Part shown: positions 54,897-64,000 of the stretch, one piece after another | Layout: the number at the start of each line of letters is the position of its first letter | Numbering within the stretch: the first letter of the stretch is position 1 | Assembly: GCA_951406725.2 (NCBI GenBank) | Contig: OX597817.1 | Span: 1,302,001-1,366,000, forward strand | Origin: Octopus vulgaris | Lineage: Eukaryota | Length of the DNA stretch: 64,000 nt | Reading direction: 5' to 3' | The notes under the pieces: generated by a model | The model's database searches: none | The model's input: only the letters and a program-made list of their open reading frames with translations | Told to the model about the DNA's origin: nothing | Translations under genes and position numbers: made by a program

Positions 54897-55579
54897 ATAT
54901 ATATGAATGCATATATACTTATATGTGAATATTCATATCCATACAAGCATATAGAGAAATGTGTGGATATATACGTGTGTGAGTGTGTGTGTATGAAAGA
55001 AGCCCGGCGTGTATATGTGTGTGTGTGTATACACACTCACACATACACGCACGTGTGTATGTATGTATATATTAATATGTGTGTGATTGTATGGGTGTAT
55101 GTGCGTGGTATTTGTACGTATGTGTATTTCAGTGTGTAAATATAACTTCGAGTTGTCTCGAGTACTTTACAAGTTTCTTTTCGTATGCTTGAGTTTCCGG
55201 GCTCAATTTCACTGTGAAATCTTCAGCGATTATCTTCTGAATTAATATGCGTTGAATTTGAAACTTGCTAGTGACTTTAAGTACATGGAAACTATGTAGC
55301 AGTCGTCGAGTGGACTAGACGCAATTCAAATGGTAAAACTTTGCAACATACTAAATCACACTCAACTACAAGTATCTACGAAATGCCGATTTACGTGCTA
55401 ATTCAACGACTAGGCAATTCTGTTGATCTCCCATCTACTCTAGCTCCACACGTCGAAAGATACAGATGTATAAGTTACTTTTAAGATATACTATTATTAT
55501 TATTATTATTATTATTATTGTTGTTGCTGTTGTTGTTGTTGTTGCAGTTATTGTTGCTGTTGTTAGCATTGTTGTTAGC

Positions 55580-55790
55580 ACAGCGAGCTAGCAGAATCGT
55601 TAGCACACCGAGCGAAATGCTTAGCGGTATTTCACCCATCTCTACGTTCTAAGGTCGACTTTGGCTTTCATCCTTTTCAGGTCGATAGATTAAGTAGCAT
55701 CGAAGCACTGTGGTCGATGTAATCGACGAGTAACTTCCCTAAAAATGTCAGGATTTGTGTCTTTAGTAGAAAGGATTACTATTATTATTA
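55580..55790 (+). mobile_element. SINE family A copy
   Basis: GCGAGCTAGCAGAATCGTTAGCAC..AGGTCGACTTTGGCTTTCATCC; (TTA)n tail. Confidence 0.8.
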
Positions 55791-56059
55791 TTTCAAATTC
55801 CACCAAGGTCTTAAGTTTCGTTAGCTTCATATAGAAACCTAACTCATATGAGTTGGTGTGTGTATCTACCTATATATGGACTCTTTTATTCTTTTACTTC
55901 TTTCAGGCATTTGGCTGCGACTAATTTTTTAAGCATAGTACATATTCTATCTGTCCCTTTAGCTGGACCGCTAAGTTACACGTTGTCGAAAGGTGGTGAT
56001 GGTGGGGGCTGGAGGTTAGAAGAAACGCAGACACAAAGGCACACACAGATAGATATATA

Positions 56060-56090
<31 letters not shown>

Positions 56091-56137
56091 GTATGTATGT
56101 ATATATACATATAGATATATGTATATATATACATATA

Positions 56138-56177
<40 letters not shown>

Positions 56178-56379
56178 TATATATAATAATATGCATGTAT
56201 ATATGCATGTATACATATATAGATATAGATATATATAAACATACATATATATGTATTGAGTATATATATATACATAGATGCGTATATCTCTACGTATATC
56301 TATTTATATATATATATATATTTACATGCATATATATATACACTCATATATACATATATATATATATGTATATATATAC

Positions 56380-56442
<63 letters not shown>

Positions 56443-56966
56443 TATATACACACACACACACACATATCGCAGTCATACACACTTCACACCTCCACGGCAC
56501 ATACGCACATCTAACAAAAAAGCTAAACAAAAGCAAACCCATCACAACAGCAACAACTAAATATCACTATAAACTTTATATTACATGGTAACCTTCAAGG
56601 ACTGATTCTATACATCAAGTCGACATGTTACAGGAATTCTGCCATGGTGAAACTACTGATATGGTAGAATAATAAAGATAAAATATGAGTTGTACAATCT
56701 CTTTTGTTGCGTTGCAATGTAATGCTTTATCATATTTTTGTCTATTATCATATATAAGAGGTGCCCTAAGGCGAATATTGTATATGTGTCTTAGAACGCA
56801 TGTGTAAGTAATGTGCGCATGTATGTATGCGTATATGCATGCATGAATCCATCTATGCATGTATGTTTGCATGCATATAGCTTATATGCGTTTATATATA
56901 TATATATCTTTGCATCCATATATGAATGCATTTACATGTGAAAATACGTATTTATGCATATATATG

Positions 56967-57062
<96 letters not shown>

Positions 57063-57122
57063 TTTACCTATAATACATTGCATACATGCACATACATATA
57101 TAAATACATACATACATATGTA

Positions 57123-57154
<32 letters not shown>

Positions 57155-57340
57155 AATATATGTTTATGTATAAATATATTCATTTATTTATTTATATATA
57201 TTATAGATTGCTAGAAAGTTAGATATCAATGTAGATATATATGTATACATATGCATGATGTGACCATGAGGCATTAGTTGATATGCATGTGCTATTAAGT
57301 TAGACATGGCCTGGACCAATCTTTGGTCGAAACATATCTA

Positions 57341-57375
<35 letters not shown>

Positions 57376-57378
<3 letters not shown>

Positions 57379-57534
57379 GAGTGGATGTGTGGTAAGTAGC
57401 TTGCTTACCAACTACATGGTTCCGGGTTCAGTCCCACTGCATGGCACCTTGGGCAAGTGTCTTCTACTATAGCCTCGGGTCGACCAAAGCCTTGTGAGTG
57501 GATTTGGTAGACGGAAACTGAAAGAAGCCCGTCG

Positions 57535-57535
<1 letters not shown>
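57376..57535 (+). mobile_element. SINE family B, 5' half
   Basis: CAGGAGTGG..GGGTTCAGTCCC..GGCACCTTGGGCAAG..GAAAGAAGCCCGTCG. Confidence 0.85.
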
Positions 57536-57566
<31 letters not shown>

Positions 57567-57651
57567 CATAATATATATATATATATATATATGTATACAT
57601 ATACACATTCCTATATATATATATACATACATATATATATACATATATGTG

Positions 57652-57716
<65 letters not shown>

Positions 57717-58096
57717 GTGTGAGTATATTTGTACATATAAATGTATGTAAATATTATAGAAAGCCAAAGAGGAAGCTATACAAGTTTAGTAATACTTGCA
57801 TCATTCTAGTGCTATGTGTATTACTTGATAGATTTCACATTTTGTTGTAAAATACAATTTTACATAGATAAATACATGTGTACATACATAAGTATACACA
57901 GTCAGACACAGACACACACTCACAAGCACACGCACACTCATACACACACGCACTCACACATATATATTGTAACTGTGTTGACGTATTGATCTATAAATAC
58001 ATACAAATCACTTTTTTCTTTTTTCTCGGTATGTATAAAGGGACATAGACTTAGAAAGAGAGAGTTTGTGTGATTCTTAATGTGTGTGAGTGATTG

Positions 58097-58151
<55 letters not shown>

Positions 58152-58787
58152 TCGAATGAGTGAGTCAGAAAATGAAATGAGGTAAGCTATATAGTCACAT
58201 TGATTGACCGTCTGATAAGGTAACAATGATGGACACATAGGCGTGTTTAGAGTTTTATCTTCAGCGTGCTCTATATCTACTGGTTTGTGGTGATGAAATA
58301 TATATACATATGCGTATACATAGATATATATACAAACAAATATATATCATACACACTTGCAAAAAGATATATACACACATATCTATGTACATATCTATAT
58401 ATACGTACACGCAGATATACATGTTACACGTGAGTGTGCTTGTAACATATTTACTATGACATATCTTAATTTCCTTCAGGTATTAGATAAAACGATAACC
58501 AATTATTACATTGATAGTTTATGGTACAATCATTCGATTATCGGGAGAAAATGTCCCCTCTTAATTCGTTACACCCCTTTACATTCTTAGTTGAAAACCT
58601 GTGAAATCCTGAAAATGTGGAATATGGATTTGAGAATGAAACGTATTGCTTTCTAATTTGCTGCAGCATAAAAGACACCAACTAATAAAAATACGAAAAT
58701 TCTAAAAACTGAAACGAAGTCAGACATGGCCGAATGTTTAATTAAACATGTAAGAAGAGAAAGGTGATCGCCAGACATACGAATATC

Positions 58788-58985
58788 TTTTATCTTTTGC
58801 TTGTTTCAGTCATAAGAGTGCGGCCATGCTGGGGTACCGCCATGAATTATTAGTCGAATGACTCGAAACCCAGCACTTATTTTTCTTAAGCCTTGTGTTT
58901 ATTCTATCGGTCGCTTATTGCCGAACTGCTAAGTTGCGGGTGCGTAAGCACACCATCAAGTGGTGGTGGGGAACAAACACTGACA
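58788..58985 (-). mobile_element. SINE family B, 3' half
   Basis: TTGTTTCAGTCA..GCGGCCATGCTGG..ATTCTATCGGTC..GCCGAACTGCTAAG. Confidence 0.75.
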
Positions 58986-59015
58986 CTGACACACACACAC
59001 ACACGCACGCACACG

Positions 59016-59074
<59 letters not shown>

Positions 59075-59453
59075 CCATTCGAACAGGAACAAAGATGTTA
59101 AAGGATCAGATGAACCAAAAATACAATGAATGATAATCTAGCAATGGTTCCCAATGATATAGAAATACTCGAAATGGTGAATGAGCGCGCTGGAAGATCA
59201 TTTTGAAAGTGCCGGACCTTTAGTTCTTGTCACAACATCTGTTTAAAAGCTGAATAAATAGTGCACAACTGTTATAGAAACGATCAATCCACGCTGCCCT
59301 GATGCTTCATGCGTGAGTCTAGAATTACAAGGTTTCAGAGTGGACACTTTGAGAGAAAAGCAAGCTATTGTAGTTAGCATGGAGGTGGGTTCCGTCAGAA
59401 TAAGTTTCAGATCCTAGATAGACGGTGGACATGTCATTGTAAACCACCCTTAG

Positions 59454-59720
59454 CTAGAGACCCATCTCCTTAGTGGCGAAAATATTGTTACTGGAAAATG
59501 CGCATCTACAACTACACAATAAAGCTTCATACGTAAGTCTCTTCTGCAGCAATAATAATGCTATAACTTGATCGTCAGAAGTGCTTTTCTCGTTGTTGTT
59601 GCAGCCGTTTGGCTCTAACATACATCTGTGATGATGAAATACCACCCGTTTCGTAGATTCTTCGCTCGTGGTGGCGCACGAGAGAATTAGGCCAGACGGT
59701 AGCAGTCGTGATTCTCTGGT
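59454..59720 (-). pseudogene. Possible degenerate PLE GIY-YIG remnant
   Basis: LVRHHERRIYE and KRLTYEALL..TKE loosely match TxRxLxxRxxEH and LxxxEALxI..N.K.E. Confidence 0.3.
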
Positions 59721-60024
59721 CATCCGCGTTGTAGCGCTTTCTGTTGTTGCTCATTATGAAGTATAATTGCCGAAACATTCTCAGTTGAAATAGAGGACGT
59801 TTAACATCGAAGAAAACATGTTTTCGTATGTGTGAGCCTGTCTCTGTCATTCTCTCTGTATGTTTGTAGGCATGTGCATGTATGTGCACACGTATGGATT
59901 TGTGCATGTGAGTGGCTTATAAGTGCATGTATCTGAGCCTGTATGTGTGCATATATGTGTGTGGATAGGTATGTCTGTATATAGATACATCCGTGCCTGT
60001 GTCTACATAACACTGGCAATTTAC

Positions 60025-60270
60025 TGGTTTCGACGACGATGAGGAGGGTTCCAGTTGATCCGATCAATGGAACACTTTGCTCGTGAAATTAACACGGAAG
60101 TGACTGAGCACTCTACAGACAGGCATATCTTTAACGTAGTTCTCAGGGAGTTTGAGCGTGACCCATGATGTGACAAGGCTGGACCTTTGAGTTACAGGTA
60201 CTACTAATTTTTGCCAGCAACTTATGTTCGTGGGCCGAATACCTTAACCACCAAACCTTGCGCCTTCACA
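60025..60270 (-). mobile_element. tRNA-derived SINE (head shared with family C)
   Basis: Minus strand GTGAAGGCGCAAGGTTTGGTGGTTAAGGTATTCGG, then body. Confidence 0.65.
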
Positions 60271-62420
60271 GTGTATATATATGCATATGCGCACAAATAC
60301 ATATATACGTACATATATAAATATGAATATATGTATGTGAGGTTACCTTTGTAGTTATTTTCTTGCTCAGTCGTTGACACAGTGTGGGACAACTCCACAT
60401 TTGTATATTGAAACAATAAAACTATAAACAACAACATAATCCAATATACTAATTCTGTTTCTGTATAATTCATATTTTTCGAAAGATATTCTTGTCTCGA
60501 CATAATCAGATAGCTATTTACCTTTTTTTTTTCTTTCTTATATCCATAAATAAGAAGTTTGTTAAAATATTTTGAATTTGTCTTCAATCATTCCGGCACA
60601 GGTGTGTCTGGACAGGTGTATTCAGTTTTCTCAATTGTTTTAGTTGCATTACGAAAATGTTATTGGGAGAGCAACTACGGTTTAGTATTTACTTATTTCT
60701 GATGAATCACAGAACGGTGATTAATGGAGAAATGCTTATTCATTAAGTTTTGGGAACGGTTTTTTTTTCTTTCGTATATTATTTTGATTTTAAGGGTATA
60801 ACGAACCAGACTGTTTTTCTAGTTCGAGAATTTTGAGAGGTTGTAAGTGATATTTTTATATCCGCCAGCTTTTAATATTCATGGGGCGACAAATTGAGAT
60901 TCGTCTATTGATGTCATTGGTTAAAGTTTTAAAAACTATGAGCTGATGGTAGCAATATTTAATTGTCTGTCAGCTTTTCATTTGGTTTGCCCTTTTATTC
61001 GTATTTGTCTGTAATGAGCATAAAGGTAATGGCTAATAAATTTAGTGTTCAGATTATAGTTTATAATTTATAATGATTCTGAGATCAAAATTACTAAATA
61101 TATCAGTTACTTTTTTCTTAAGATTATATAATGTGTGTTCGTTGCTCTGTTATGACCAACACACCATCCCTATATAGGGCAATTCATGTAGCAATGAATT
61201 CTTTTACAGAGTACCTAGGGTATACAGACCGACAAGATCGCATACCTTTGTGCTGTCGAACCATCACGTGTTAACCTCAAAATAATGGGGAGGGTCTGAT
61301 TTTTTAATAAAGGGTTAAGATTTATAAATTAAAGAGCAGAATTTTCCTATCACATATGATTTGTGCGCTGTCTCTCTTCATGTGCCATGAGTCAGAGATT
61401 CGAAAAGTGAAATCTGATTGACTTTTGAACAGCTTGAGCAACTATGTAGAAGTTTCTTCTCTCAACCGCTTAGAATGAACGGTTATTGGACTGCATTTTC
61501 GCCGTTGTTGTAATCATAATTTGCGCCGCCATTCCTGTCAAGAGCTTTTCAGCACAATACCCCCAAATGACCGCTGTCTAATAACTGACACCAGCAAAAG
61601 AGTTACAAAAAATTTTCCCTTCAGCGTTTCTCTCTTCATACGTTCACTGCTTGTTTTATTTTTGCTTCTGTCATTTCAGGTACGAAGTTATTGCGTTGAA
61701 TCCGTTATTTACCCCATTCATTTTTACTTCTTAGTACTTGATATTTATTTATTTTACTTATTTTCTTTATTTCTCCGCCTCTTTCTTCCCTTTTTTCTCT
61801 CTTCCTTTCTTCCGTTTTCATTTTTTTTTTCTTTTTTTCTTTTTCATAAACTAAATACCCTGACATATAAAAGCATTTTGTTTTACTCCGAGTCATGGCT
61901 GTGAGTGGGTGGGTGTGTGGCAGGTGCAATGGGAACAACATAACTGGACATCCTCCCTAAGTGTTGACAATCCTGTTTGTCAGTGAAGCATAGAGAACAA
62001 CAACAACAACAATAACAACAAAAACAACAATTTATAGTAATAATATTAACAAAATCTGGAACCGAAAGGACGGAGTCAGCGATAACAGCTAGAATGATTA
62101 CGATAGCAATGACGCCATCAACTACAACAACAATAACAACAACAACAACAACAATACAACAATAACAACAACAGCCAAATTGCACTCCAATATCCGTTCA
62201 CCCTAACCGAGTGAGGAAGAAACTTCAACATGGCAGCTCGAACTGTTCGAAGTGACATCCAAAACCTTCCCATCCCCCGCTTCAATAAACACTCATCACT
62301 GTTTAAAATGAGGACCACATGTTGAACTTAAGGACTGCCGTAATATAGGCGGGAAGCGCTCTACTTAAACATATGATGAATTTTAAAATCCAAACCGGAT
62401 GTGGGACACCTTATATTTAC

Positions 62421-62449
62421 ACTAGGGTAGCCCGGCTTTCGTCCAGCTC
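62421..62449 (-). mobile_element. Helitron-like 3' terminus
   Basis: Minus strand: GC-rich imperfect hairpin GCTGGACGAAAGCCGGGC, then TACC-CTAG|T. Confidence 0.45.
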
Positions 62450-62539
62450 AGTTTGTGTCGGTAGTGGTAAGCTATTGATGATCTGATTTCGGATTTTCGA
62501 AAATTCCGCTGTCAAATATCGCCCAATGGCTTAGGAAAA

Positions 62540-62673
62540 TTTTAATTTCGCGCCGAGGTCAATTTTGCCTTTTATCCTTTTGGGGTCGATAAATAAAGTA
62601 CCAGTGAAACACTGGGGTCGATGTAATCGACTAGTCCTCTCCCGCAAATTTCAGGCCTTGTGCCTTAAGTAGA

Positions 62674-62748
<75 letters not shown>

Positions 62749-63052
62749 CATTATTATTATTATTAGAAGGTAGCACGTTGACAGAATCGTTAGCAAGCCG
62801 GACAAAATACTTAGTGGTATTTCGCCCGTCGCTACGTTCTGAGTTCAAATTCCACTGAGGTCAATTTTGACTTTCATCCTTTCGGGGTTGATAAATTAAG
62901 CACCAGTGAAACACTAGGGTCGATGTAATTGACCAATCCCCTCCTCCAAAATGGCTGTCCTTGTGGCAGAATTTGAAACCATTCTTCTTCTTCTTCTTCT
63001 TCTTCTTCTTCTTCTTCTTCTTCTTCTTCTTCTTCTTCTTCTTCTTCTTCTT

Positions 63053-63083
<31 letters not shown>

Positions 63084-63435
63084 ATATTATTATTATTATT
63101 AGAAGGTGACGAGCTGGCAGAATCATTAGCACACCGGACAAAATGTTTAGTGGAATTTTGTCTTTACGTTCTGAGTTCAAATTCCGCCGAGGTCGACTTT
63201 GCCTTTCACCCTTCAGGGTCATTAAAATAAGCACCAGTTAAGCACTGCAGGTGATGAAATAGACTTCTCCACCTCTTCAAAAATTGCTGGTCTTGTGCCA
63301 AAATAAGATAGGATTATTAGAAGGCAGCGAGCTGACAGAATCGTTTGTATTCCGGACAAAACGCTTAGCGGGATTTCTTCCTACTTTACGTTCTGAATAG
63401 AAATTCCGACTTTGCCATTCATCCTTTTAAGGTCC
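62540..63435 (+). mobile_element. Array of four SINE family A copies, the first three separated by (TTA)n and (TTC)n
   Basis: Cores at ~62550, ~62840, ~63170 and ~63390; heads AGAAGGYRGC/GAC..CAGAATC at 62765, 63101 and 63319. Confidence 0.88.
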
Positions 63436-64000
63436 ATAAGATATAACTTCCCACAAAATATGAGACATGTGTTTTTGTATGATGAAGTGAGTGTAAGTTG
63501 ATTTTGCAGGAAGCAACTCTACTCTGAAGCTATAATTAATTAACCGCCTTAACATTTGATAAAAATATTTCACAGCAACGAAATGGCAAGACCTCCTCAA
63601 ACCATGAATAGACACACTATTTCTAAGGATAAATAAATTAATAAATAAAATATACTGATTAGATAGCCATGCTTTTAATGCCTTTCATTATAGTTGAGAG
63701 GAGGACCAAAATGATTAAAAGTCTTGCATAATTGTGCATGCTCATTTGTGAAGTAACTGCGCGCGAATATATCTACATATTTGTTTTGTGTATTTACATA
63801 TATACGTGTGTATGGCTTCCGGCTTTGTGTGCATGAGTCATTTAGTTTTGGAAACAAGTCGACTAGCTGGCAGAATCGTTAGAGCATCGGAAAAAATCTT
63901 AAGTGGTGATAAACTTACTGCATACAGTGCTCTGGTGCACTACAATTCATCAGGAAAGGTAGTCAAAAGTGCATGTGAAGTATGCAGAATGAAGCCCCAA

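Noticed and set aside
60655-60845. Possible mariner transposase N-terminus
   Set aside because: Similarity too weak and no TIR pair identified
61309-61318. AAAGGGTTAA piggyBac-like terminus
   Set aside because: No matching opposite terminus found; too short to support
62540-63435. Repeat-spacer pattern suggestive of a CRISPR array
   Set aside because: The units are ~200-bp SINEs with microsatellite spacers; eukaryotic context and no cas genes

Overview
AT-rich, microsatellite-dense animal (eukaryotic) intronic/intergenic DNA. The SINE repertoire resembles octopus (coleoid cephalopod) repeats; this is an inference from recalled family sequences. No host protein-coding exon can be supported, and almost all listed ORFs are microsatellite artefacts. 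Recognisable content: two decayed restriction-like-endonuclease LINEs (R4/Dong-like; 189-1443 and about 51130-53190), a young GC-rich 5'-truncated RTE LINE (24178-26149, minus), several Penelope-like (PLE) RT and GIY-YIG fragments, a mariner MITE, Tc1/mariner and Tigger transposase remnants, a Helentron-type non-autonomous element, and many tRNA-derived SINEs from at least 3 families. Best leads: (1) a (TA)n-flanked fold-back element carrying two oppositely oriented type I hammerhead ribozymes (8608-9090); (2) a three-copy repeat family with a hammerhead-shaped motif and a non-canonical core; (3) a tRNA-like Pol III cassette enclosed in ~100-bp inverted arms; (4) a ~34-bp pri-miRNA-like hairpin at 6618-6693; (5) an RTE copy bracketed by a perfect 19-bp inverted repeat.
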